DNA of 62,983 nucleotides, filler included, from Craspedostauros australis (taxonomy: Eukaryota): assembly GCA_030167865.1 (NCBI GenBank). It is 18 parts of 18 records of this genome, joined end to end, with 100 filler letters (N's around TTAATTAATTAA, not from the genome) between each part and the next. Parts side by side here need not be neighbours in the genome. Positions count along the whole stretch, not along the records: positions 1 to 1,980 come from JALAGF010000633.1; positions 2,081 to 3,142 come from JALAGF010000634.1; positions 3,243 to 4,412 come from JALAGF010000635.1; positions 4,513 to 6,199 come from JALAGF010000636.1; positions 6,300 to 7,644 come from JALAGF010000637.1; positions 7,745 to 10,324 come from JALAGF010000638.1; 12 more parts are not named here. One strand, given 5' to 3'. A program made the translations under genes and the position numbers. Each line of letters opens with the position of its first letter. The first letter of the stretch is position 1. Below the pieces are notes generated by a model. It was given only the letters and a program-made list of their open reading frames with translations, made no database searches and had not been told where the DNA came from. Shown here one piece after another: positions 1-10,046 of this stretch.

Positions 1-170
1 GTACTTCCAGAAGATGGGGCAAGTGAACAGCACAAGTGTGGGCAACTACAAAGGTGGCCAGCTTCGACAGAGTGATCTCTGGAGGGACAGACTGTGTGAG
101 TGAGGGCACTTCATCAAGTGAATGTACTGCCTGTGTCCTGCTAGTGCATGGTGATAAAATATGCCGTTCG

Positions 171-1940
171 TCAAGAATTGTGCCTGATCCTGACCAGCGG
201 GCCAAAATCGTGTTTAAGGGCATCCTGAATCACATCAGACAAGATGAGATCAGAGAAGTCGCCGTCACCATAGTTTCTGAAGTGTTGTAGAGCATGAGCA
301 GTTGCCTTTGACCTGTTGCGAGCAAAGTTGGTGCGATAGCTTTTGTGAATCTTGTTGGCCTCATCAGGGTGCTCTTGCACAAAGTGCATGAGATGGGTGG
401 TGCGCCCAAAGGCTTTGCACATACATGCCTTGTATCCCATGTAGCAACGTGCTTCGCAGAAGGCATCCAGATTGGGCTTGTAGAAGGTATTGTGCCGCCT
501 GTGTGACCAACTGTTGTCCTGTCGGTCGCCTCGTCCGCCACAACTACTGTGGGTTTGAGTGCAGTGGGCCTTGAGTGAAACAGCACTGCCAGGGGGATCT
601 ACAATTCTTGGGCAAGCTGCTCGACATGCAGATTGAAAGGCAGTGCCTTGGGCGATGTCACAGTGCGCAGCATGGTGTGGTAATGCTCCAGCATGTACCT
701 GTGCTCACGCAGATCCTCGAGAGAGATAGGACTCAGGTTGAGGTTGGAGACAGAGCGGTGGAAGACGAGTCCCTTAAAGTGCGGGAAGCCAAGCAGCTTC
801 ATAGCAAAACTCAACAGAGCCTTCAAAGGCCAGCTTCGAGTTCACATGCTGCTGCGCAGTGTCGAAAGCATCGGTGAGCACTTTGTGGAGGAGTATGTAC
901 GCAGAGAGCTGGTGTCGTTGGACATCAAAAACTGCTAGCATACTTGAGCCGGATAGTGGGATGGTCATGAGTGATGATTCCCTTGCCCTGGAGCTTGTCT
1001 ATCAGCTTGCAGCTCGTGGAGAAGACACAAGAGCCATGGACGTTCCTGGGAATCACTGCTGTGCTGGGGTACAACAAATCCAATGAGCAACAGTGGACAT
1101 CCACCAATGCCACAGCAGCATGGAGCTGCGCGTACCACAAGAAGACTCAGTCGAGTGTATCATCCGCAAGCTTGATCTGCTGTCAATCCTGCGCCTGCGA
1201 TGCACCAAAACAGAGCAAATCAAGGGCATCACCAATGGTGTAGCAATTGTGCCGACAGAGGGCAGGGGTGGAGTTTGTCACCGTGTAGGAAACACCAGAC
1301 CCAGCAATGTAGCTGAACTCAAATGGATCTTGGGAAGGAATGGTGTCCTCGACAGGGACAGAAAATACTGTCCTTGTGGAGAAAGCACAGGGGGCATGGC
1401 ATCGGTGTGTTTGGCACAGCCACTGTTGGCAGCCTCATCAACAGGGGCGTCATCATTGGCAGGATCCTTGGAAACCTGGCATCACTGTCAGTGGTGGCAT
1501 CAACCACATCAAACATGGGAACTGATGGTGGTGCAGTGCACATTGATGGAGTGATGTTGTAGACATGCAGGACAGTGATGGAGTGGCGCAGAAAATCGCG
1601 GAACTCGCAGGCCTGGAGGTTGGTGACCCAATCGTCATTGTCGATGTTGTCTCCACAAGTGCAAAACCACAATCAAGCTTCCCACATACCATGGATGTGG
1701 ACAAGACTGCCACCCCAATGCATCAATTGGGCATGGAAGAAGGCATCATCACCATTGAGCAAATTGTAGAATTCATGGTTGGTGGTGGTCTTGTTATCGT
1801 CCCACATGAGGGGAACCATGTCCAACTGAGCTGCTCAGAGATGAGGCAGGCATCAACAAGAGCATGGCACTCCATGCTATTGTTGTTGGCAGCCACGATG
1901 AAAGGAAGAAGGAAGCAAGAACAGAGAGTATGGGGCAAAG
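171..1940 (-). pseudogene. Degenerate coding relic of unknown family
   Basis: A chain of protein-like minus-strand ORF pieces joins across frameshifts (…PTIRLKYASSF / FDVQRHQLSAYILLHKVL… / KALLSFAMKLLGFPHFKG…). The DNA looks TG/CA-rich and CpG-poor. No domain recognised. Confidence 0.35.
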
Positions 1941-1980
1941 AGGTTGAGGGAAGATACTGTGAATGTAACAGAATGTGACA

Positions 1981-2080
1981 NNNNNNNNNNNNNNNNNNNN
2001 NNNNNNNNNNNNNNNNNNNNNNNNTTAATTAATTAANNNNNNNNNNNNNNNNNNNNNNNNNNNNNNNNNNNNNNNNNNNN
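1981..2080. other. Artificial contig linker N44-TTAATTAATTAA-N44, first of 17 (others start at 3143, 4413, 6200, 7645, 10325, 11592, 13285, 16399, 17868, 19874, 28299, 53339, 56764, 58062, 59617, 61670)
   Basis: An identical 100-nt block with a six-frame stop core recurs throughout the window. Confidence 0.97.
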
Positions 2081-3142
2081 CATTGGGAGGTCGTGCAACG
2101 CAATCAAGTGCCAAAAGGGCACAAGATCCTGAAAGCCGTCTGGTCATTCAAGCGCAAACGCAGACTCGCAACCGGCGAAATCTACAAGTGGAAAGCACGG
2201 CTATGCGTGCATGGAGGAGAGCAACAATATGGTGTCAACTACTGGGAAACATTTGCTCCAGTCGTGCAATGGTCCACCATTCGGACATTCCTCACTATGG
2301 CCGTCCAACGGCGCTGGCACACTCGCCAAATCGACTTCGTTCTGGCGTTCCCGCAAGCGGATGTGGAATGCGACATCTTCATGCAAGTACCTCAGGGGTG
2401 CAACGTGGACGGAGACAGCAGGTCTCACGTTCTCAAGCTCAAGAAGAATCTGTACGGCACCAAGCAAGCAGCTTTGGTATGGCACCGGCACGTGGTTGAT
2501 GGCCTGATGCAGCATGGATTCCGGCAAAGCCAAGTCGATGAATGCCTTCTCTACAAAGGCAACACATCCATTCTGCTGTACGTCGACGACGCCATCATCA
2601 TTGGCCCACACAAACACGAGATCGATGACATCATCGAGCGCCTCAAGGCACGGTTTACACTAACCGATGAAGGCAACATGAGTGAGTATCTGGGCGTTCA
2701 CATCCAACGCACCGATGACACCATCACACTCACACAACCGCAACTCATAGACCGAATCATACGAGCAGCCAAGATCGATCCTAATGCACCAGGACGAACC
2801 TATTCGACGCCAGCCGTCAAACCGCTCCTACACAAAGACACCGGTGGCCCCGCTGCCACTCGACGATTCGATTATCGNTCGGTTGTGGGGATGCTCAACT
2901 TCCTCACACGATCGACGAGACCTGACATCTGCTTCGCAGTCCATCAATGCGCACGCTTCATGGCTCATCCGATGAAGTCACACGAAGATGCCATCGAACG
3001 GATTGTACGATACCTCGCTCACACACGGGATAAGGGACTCCGCATCTCACCTACCAATGACTCCATTCACTGCTATGCTGATGCAGACTTCGCAGGAGGC
3101 TTCTCACAAGCCAACAACGACCCCAACACGGCAAAAAGTCGC
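2081..3142 (+). mobile_element. Ty1/Copia (CoDi-like) pol fragment: RT and start of RNase H, open throughout, cut by linkers
   Basis: Motifs WSFKRKR…KWKARLCVHG, YWETFAPVV, QIDFVLAFPQA, LKKNLYG, LYVDD, TRPDI, CYADADFAG. Confidence 0.95.
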
Positions 3143-3510
3143 NNNNNNNNNNNNNNNNNNNNNNNNNNNNNNNNNNNNNNNNNNNNTTAATTAATTAANN
3201 NNNNNNNNNNNNNNNNNNNNNNNNNNNNNNNNNNNNNNNNNNACCAGGACACACAAGTTCCAGAACACAATTAGAGATCCCCCCAACACCCATAAGTGAC
3301 GCAACTGAAAGCAGATGTTGTAGAACTTTATATATATTATTATATTATAGAATAATATTCTGGAATACTATTGAACAGATTGGCGTGTGGATGTGCAGAT
3401 GGCAAAAAAGAACGGAGCAGATGGCACCAGCCACAACGCGATGAATTGTCGCGACACTCATAATTTGTGTCGTGGATACGTGTTCCAACCAGTCAAACAC
3501 CAAAATTAAA

Positions 3511-3620
3511 TGTCCTCAGGAGGACAGATAAGTTTTCTGTCTTCCTGAGAACAGTTACGATGCATGTCAAAAATAAATGTCCTCAGGAGGACAGATAGCA
3601 CTAAATGTCCTCCTGAGGAC
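3511..3620. repeat. Two tandem inverted-repeat pairs built from a quasi-palindromic 16-mer TGTCCTCAGGAGGACA
   Basis: Forward copies at 3511-3526 and 3578-3593; reverse copies at 3538-3553 (2 mismatches) and 3606-3620. Confidence 0.85.
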
Positions 3621-3891
3621 CGAAACTTTCCTTACGGATATACTCACATGTACATCTCGACAGTGTCGAGCTGTGTGACATCATTTCTTCATCCTACCAA
3701 GACTACTAACTAACTCATAATAACACAAACAGAGATTAGCACAAAAGCATGACTCTACTCATCGTTACAGTAACACAACTTCTAACAAGGTCACTCCTCT
3801 CGAACTGCATTGCACGGTTATCCCGAAACCGGCAGCTCACGAGGCCTTTCCTACTGAATTGTGTCACCAACAGAGCACAAATCCTAACTAG

Positions 3892-4325
3892 ATGTGCAAA
3901 TTCATGGTGGATGGGACTGACTTTTGTTTTCTTGAACCTCATCCTTTTCAAAGAAATGGTACAGTCTCAAATACAAGGGAACTGATCTGCAGTACGAGAT
4001 GGCAATTTGCATCCAAGCTGGTGACATCGTTTGGTGCCATGGTCTGTTACCTTGTGGTCAGTGGCCGGACCAACAGATCTTCGACTGCTTGATGGTGGGA
4101 AACTTGCTGCTGATGAAATGGTGCATGCTGATCGAGGACACAGCAGTCCCTTGGTATGCAAGTCAAAGGACTATGATACCAATGCTGACAGGGATGGCAA
4201 GACTCATGTAAGAGCAAGACATGAAACCATTTACGTCTCTTCAAGAGATGGAAGATCTTACATGACTCATTTCAACATAATATGCAACTGCGCAAGACAG
4301 TATTGAAGGCAGTTGCCATAGCTGT
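3892..4325 (+). pseudogene. PIF/Harbinger-ISL2EU-type (DDE_Tnp_4-like) transposase relic
   Basis: Joined across frameshifts it reads VDGTDF…EPHPF / SKKWYSLKYKG..LQYEMAICIQAGDIVWCHG..PCGQWPD..IF / EMVHADRGH…VRARHETI / FKRWKIL. Confidence 0.8.
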
Positions 4326-4512
4326 CTGTTGATCAGGGCTTCTTCCAGCCTTGCCAAGTCAGGTAATAGAGAAAGAGACAGACTAAGTGATTAGAGCAGA
4401 GCAGAGAAATTGNNNNNNNNNNNNNNNNNNNNNNNNNNNNNNNNNNNNNNNNNNNNTTAATTAATTAANNNNNNNNNNNNNNNNNNNNNNNNNNNNNNNN
4501 NNNNNNNNNNNN

Positions 4513-4690
4513 AGGAGGGGACAAACGGTTCTTCCTTCACAATCACGTCACCCATGTCCTTGAGATACAAGTCCCCGTAGCCCTTGCGGTTGGCGCGGGC
4601 CAGGAACTTCGCACTCCAAGCTTTCCAGCTGGACCGCTTGCTGTCGAACATGATCATGTAACAATCAGTCTTACCTAGGAAGGATGTCAT
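4513..4690 (-). mobile_element. Copia gag N-terminus (partial)
   Basis: FDSKRSSWKAWSAKFLARANRKGY resembles the Copia gag start and lies about 80 nt inside an LTR end at 4771. Confidence 0.7.
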
Positions 4691-4770
4691 GGTGATGATG
4701 GTGATAGGATGTTTGTTGCTGTGCTGATGATGGTAGAAACGTAGGATTTCAATCGTAACGTTTCGAAACG

Positions 4771-5420
4771 TGTTGGAAATCTGGGGTTATTGTTAGTACT
4801 GTAATCTAATCCGCTGTTAGAAACTGTACCGTTTTAGAACTGTGAGCACAATCTCACTTTCTCTTCCGATTTCATCTTCATGGTAGGCATCTGTCACGGT
4901 GGCGACACGGGGCATCCTGTTGTCTCTTAGGTGCTTCCCCCTTCATTCATCATGCTCTGTTCTTGCTTCCTTGTCTTGGCATTGATGTTGCTTGTCTCTG
5001 CATCGTCGTAGCTGTCTACGCTTGCATGGTAGGGATCTGCAGTCTTGAGCACTTGCCTATCTCATGTCTCCGTTGTTGATCTCATGACACCGTCGCCTCA
5101 TGGTCGATGTCACCTTTGGTGATGTTCCAAACCTGCGGATGTTCTGATCATTTCTGATGTTCCAAACCTGTGGATGTTCTTGTCCGCAGGAGGGGCGCGT
5201 GCTGTCCTCTGAAGAGGGTGCGTCACTTGCCCATGGACTTGCTGTTCTGATCGACGTCGTTGTCTGGATGGTTGCCATGGTTGGCGCGGTATCGGGACCT
5301 CCTGATCCGCCATAGGTGTCGTCCTTGCATTACTGGAGGACAGGCTATCCTCCTCGCAGTAGTACAGGTGTCAATCATGTCCGTACCCTTAGTCATAGTC
5401 ATAATGACATGGAATATAAA
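4771..5420 (-). mobile_element. 5' LTR of the minus-strand Copia element (outer boundary uncertain)
   Basis: The plus strand starts TGTTGGAAATCTGGGGTTAT (element strand ends …TTCCAACA). The first ~80 nt are similar to 62557-62630, with homology starting at the same TGTTGG. Internal 35-nt-period duplication at 5121-5180. Confidence 0.65.
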
Positions 5421-5466
5421 GGTGTGACAAATAGTCTCCGAACATGTGACGAATAGTATTCAAAGC

Positions 5467-5788
5467 TGTGACGAATAATGTTGGGAGGTGCGGCAATCAC
5501 GGGTATTCTGACAAAGCCGTACCCTCGATTCCTCACAGGCAAGCGGCAATCGGCATCATCTTTCCGTCCTGCAAACGAATACAACCACGGGTTCCGCTGC
5601 AATGTCAGCACAACGATGGTACTATCAGTACGGCATCGTCGGCGGTGGAGAGAACGAGGAACCGCCACAGAGCGTTCATCATTGATGTGCCGCGCAGAAC
5701 GGATTCGCAAACCCATGTCTGTTGGAAGTAGCTACGGCATTGGTTGGGGAGAGCAGAGTGCTCTGTGGAGAGAGTTAGTGATTTTACA
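5467..5788 (+). mobile_element. Putative LTR of a second, plus-strand Copia-like element
   Basis: TG…CA bounded segment (TGTGACGAATA…TTTTACA) followed by a pyrimidine-rich leader and a degraded ORF. No second copy in the window confirms it. Confidence 0.35.
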
Positions 5789-6300
5789 GTGAATTTCTCA
5801 CTCTCCATTGCTGCGCCCACTGATCCGACTGCAATCCTCACATCTCAATCTCCTGACCGAGCAGCTCTCTACTTCTTAACTCCATGGTGAATGATGNCGT
5901 GATTGCGTCGTGCGGTCTCAAGCTGTATCTGAATGGACCATCTCCTGGGAGGTTTGCGTTTGTCCTCCACCCAGCGATTGCTCCGAGTTCATGAGGAGAT
6001 GCTGAGGTCCGTGTTCAACCAGCCTTGCTTTGTCCGCGGTTGCTGCCGTCTTGGTTGCCATCATGACAGCACAATTTTGGTGCAACACTCCGCTGACATA
6101 CGACTTCCCCAAAGTCAGTTGGGAGAATACGCCGCAGTGACCAGTGATCCAACATTCATCGACGACGCATCCATCCGTGAAGGTGACGTAGGTCGGCTCN
6201 NNNNNNNNNNNNNNNNNNNNNNNNNNNNNNNNNNNNNNNNNNNTTAATTAATTAANNNNNNNNNNNNNNNNNNNNNNNNNNNNNNNNNNNNNNNNNNNNG

Positions 6301-7644
6301 GCCCGGTGTGTTGCAGGTGGACATCTGACCGATCCATGCGGCGACACATCCTACGCTGGTGTCGTGAGCCTTCAGTCCCTTCGCATTGCACTACTCGCTG
6401 GTGAAGCCAATGGTCTACAGACCATGGTAGGCGACATCGGAAACGCGTACCTCGAGGCGTACACCAGAGAGAAGATATGCTTCATCGCAGGAGACGAATT
6501 CGGAGACAAGGCAGGCAACATGTTCACCATCGTCAAGGCGCTGTATGGCCTGCGCACCTCCGGAGCCAGATTCCATGAGGCACTGGCCGATACCTTGCGA
6601 GACATGGGATTCATGCAATGCCGAGCAGATCCTGACGTCTGGATGCGCGACGCCAACACTCATTGGGAATACGTATGTGTATACGTGGACGACCTGATGG
6701 CTGTGATGGTGGATCCCAGATCCTTCTTCGACCAGCTGACGGCAAAGTACGGCTACAAGCTGAAGGGAGTCGGCCCAATCTCATACCACTTGGGAGCTGA
6801 CTTCGGCCGAGACACTGACGGAACCATGCGCATCAGCGCTCGGTCATACATCAAAAGGATGTTGGTCAACTTCGAGACCATGTTTGATGGGCCACCCCAC
6901 AAACGGAGCAGTCCCCTCGACAAGGATGACAGTCCTGAACTCGACACTACACCAGAGCTCGGTGAGATCCAGAAGCGACAGTACATGTCTCTGATCGGAA
7001 CTCTCCAATGGTGTGTCACACTCGGACGATTCGACATCCATGTCGCGGTCATGACGCTCTCCCGATTTCGATCAGCACCACGAAAGGGACACCTGGATCG
7101 AGCAAAGCAAGTGTATGGGTACCTGCGAAAATACCCTGACGCATCCATCCGATTCCGTACTGGTATTCCCAAACACGAAGGTCACTACGAAACCCCGAAA
7201 CAGGACTGGGCATACACGGTGTACGGCAACGCCACAGAAGAACTCCCATCAGATGCACCTGCTCCACGCGGTAAGGCCATGAGGACAACCACCTTCGTGG
7301 ATGCGAACCTGCTGCACTGCAGAGTGTCCGGGAAGTCTGCCACTGGCGTACTCCACCTNGTCAATCAGACACCAATCGATTGGTTCTCGAAGAGACAGTC
7401 AACCGTGGAGACAGCAACCTACGGATCTGAGTTCGTGGCCGCACGNCTGGCTACCGAACAGATCATATCTCTACGCCTCACGCTCTGTGAGATGGGCATC
7501 CCCATCGACGGACCAAGCTGGATGTTTGGAGACAATCAAGGTGTTCTCTCATCATCAAATATCCCGAACAGCACTCTCACCAAGCGGCACAACGCGCTCG
7601 CCTACCACCGCGTTCGATCTGCCATCGCTGCAGGGATCATGTAC
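6301..7644 (+). mobile_element. Ty1/Copia (CoDi-like, a different lineage from 2081) RT-RNase H fragment, open throughout
   Basis: ARCVAGGHLT, GDIGNAYLEA, KALYGLRTSGARF, VYVDDL, GRFDI, FVDAN, SKRQSTVETATYGSEFVA, GDNQGV, KRHNALAYHRVR. Confidence 0.95.
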
Positions 7645-7744
7645 NNNNNNNNNNNNNNNNNNNNNNNNNNNNNNNNNNNNNNNNNNNNTTAATTAATTAA
7701 NNNNNNNNNNNNNNNNNNNNNNNNNNNNNNNNNNNNNNNNNNNN

Positions 7745-8788
7745 GACGTGAGGTATCTCCGATGCCGTGTACGAGGCGAGGATGAGATCGAATCCGCCCG
7801 TGCTGGTGGACTCGGCAGAGAGGCTGCTACTGAAGGTTGTGCGAATGGTGCCGCCGTTGTCTTGATTGTGACCGCTGCTGCTGCCGCTGTTTCTGGAATG
7901 CTCCAAAAGACGCTCCGAGCATTCTCTCATGCTGTGCGATGGTTCTATGCCATGGATCCAATCGATGGAACCGCCAAAGACCTCCAGGGCTGCCGCCGAT
8001 GCCGCGCCGCATCCAATTCCGAAATCCAGCACCCGCTGCGGTTTGCACTGCGTGAGGCTCTTGGCCTCTTGGAGCACCCTCTTGGCGATGGCGTAGTTGG
8101 AATCGAAGCGGAAGGTGAGGTCCGCGAGGGTTTGGTCCGGCCCATAATACACCGGCGGGAACTTGGCGGGATCAAGCTGGTGGTTGCTGGCACTGCTTTT
8201 GTCACCAGGATTGACCATGGCACGGCGGTCGCGTTCGCGGAAGACCGACAATCTGCGCTGCGTCTTGAGCACACGCTCGTAGTTGCGTCGCAGCTGGCGC
8301 TTTGTGCGCTGTCCGTCCTTGAGAATGTCAGCAATGGTGGATTCCAGATGTTCGGGCAGCTTGGGATCGGAGACCCTCCACGATGCTCTGGCTGACGGTC
8401 CGAGTAAGTTCCTCCACGTGTACGGAGCGGCAACGCCGGCGGAAGTTGTGCGCGTGGCGGACGCCTCTTCATCGGATACCAAGGCGTCACCTCCACCTGC
8501 ATCCGTCCCGCGCGGTGCCATCGTGCTCATGGAGTTGAGCGTGGATGTGTTCGATGGCAGCAACTCCGTTGTCATACGCATGGTCGTAGTCCGACGGCAA
8601 TGACGACCCATTGAGAAGGAGCGTCGGCAGCATCGATGATGATGATGATGATGGAGTCTCAGCCCCTCCCTTGCCACCGCTGCTTGCGCAGATCTCGCCG
8701 CGCATCGTCGCATCCATGGTATCGATCGTATCGTCCTGTCGACAGAATGAGCACTGAACGCGTTGCTGCCACTTCGAATAATCACCAT
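7745..8788 (-). CDS. Rsm22/METTL17-like mitochondrial small-subunit methyltransferase-fold protein (3' end cut by linker)
   Basis: YGPDQTLA…NYAIAKRVLQE…PQRVLDFGIGCGAA…IEPSHSM…FDLILASYTASEI; Arg/Ser-rich N-terminus resembling a transit peptide. Start codon uncertain. Confidence 0.75.
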
Positions 8789-9071
8789 TGTGTTCTTTGT
8801 CGTGGTTGGAGTTGTTGGAGTTGTTGGCGCGGGTGTTCCTTTTGTGGTCCTGATCACCTTGTAGAGATGAACGTGGTCTGTGGAGTGTGGGAGGCTGAGC
8901 TGAGTGAGATGTATTTGCGCTTCGGTGGTGGTGGCAACGATCTTCGTGTTGTGGCGCCAAACGCAGCGTTCTCGTTTGTTGTTGGATTTCTTGATGTGGT
9001 TCGGGATTCAAGTCACGCACGACTTAATGGTGATGTATCGGTCGAGCGAATCGTGGAATACAAGATGGTCC

Positions 9072-9622
9072 GAGTTGGGACAGGCTTGATCCCAAAACGT
9101 TACGGGACTCAATTATTCTTGTCGCGTACATGGTACTTGGTATCCCAACCCGATACCGTGATGAAAGGCTACCACATGCATGGTGTGTAGTTGAACCACA
9201 ATCCACGCTCAGCTCATCCTCCAGCTCATGCACTCCTGCCATCTGCCAAATCCGCCATCTTGCAGAACCTGCGTATGTCTTGAAGCATATCTATGTCACA
9301 GAACAAGCCTGCTCTGCAGATGGCATCCACTACTGACTGTGTGCGTGTGTGCAAGATTTCCACGACATGTCACTGAGCAACAGAGAATGGCTGAAGCACG
9401 ACAGCATGACTCCCTACCTTTTTCCTCAATCGTCCTATCAATAGCAAGCTTAACACATAAAACAAGCAATCAGAAACACTCTTCACAGCTTACTTCCAAG
9501 TCTACTAGAGTTACATCATCGTCTGACATAGCTTTGTCCTCAACATCAAACGGTGCCAAAGCCGGTTGAAGGACAGATCATCCTCCTGACAGCGTGCAAA
9601 AGACACGGAATACCAACTGTCC
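9072..9622 (+). mobile_element. Dispersed non-coding repeat copy 1, candidate DNA-transposon left end
   Basis: About 310 nt align with 12975-13284. Similarity starts abruptly at GAGTTGGGACAG, and GTGATGAAAGGCTACCACA and TGTCTTGAAGCATATC are shared. Right boundary tentative. Confidence 0.6.
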
Positions 9623-9703
9623 GAGTTGAATTTCGTAAGTTCCCGTTGTTCTCGCGAGTTGAAGTTCACTTAAGAACAGACTACGAGTTCGATTTTCATG
9701 TCC

Positions 9704-10046
9704 TGTTGTGGCACGATCCGGAAGGGAAGGCCTAGCTGACTGCCAGACTCAGTGAAGCTGTTGATGCAGTTAGCTAGGGATGGCTGTCTGGGAAGATGGT
9801 AGTAGGTGACAATGAGTAGATTAGTGCTGATGTGCTGATCTTGAGTTGTGCTATTTGTTACATTGAATAATCTGCATTGTGAGTTGATCAGTTTAAGATG
9901 TAGGATGAAGAAACGATGTTCAGTTGGATGGTGCGGCTCTGCACTGACCCTCAGAGGTTCAGTGCTGAGAACAGACGAAGCTCCTCTCTCTCACTCTCTC
10001 CACTATCTGTAGTAGTTGTTCTGCACTCAAGTACAAAGCCTTGACA
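9704..10046 (+). mobile_element. Putative Copia 5' LTR (~343 nt) followed by internal leader
   Basis: TGTTGTGG…CCTTGACA termini, followed 11 nt later by GTTGCGATTGAGAAC, which resembles the motif behind the 4771 LTR. Confidence 0.55.

Noticed and set aside
2025..2036. Recurrent TTAATTAATTAA read as a piggyBac TTAA target or a biological repeat
   Set aside because: It is always centred in a fixed N44 pad, so it is an assembly linker.
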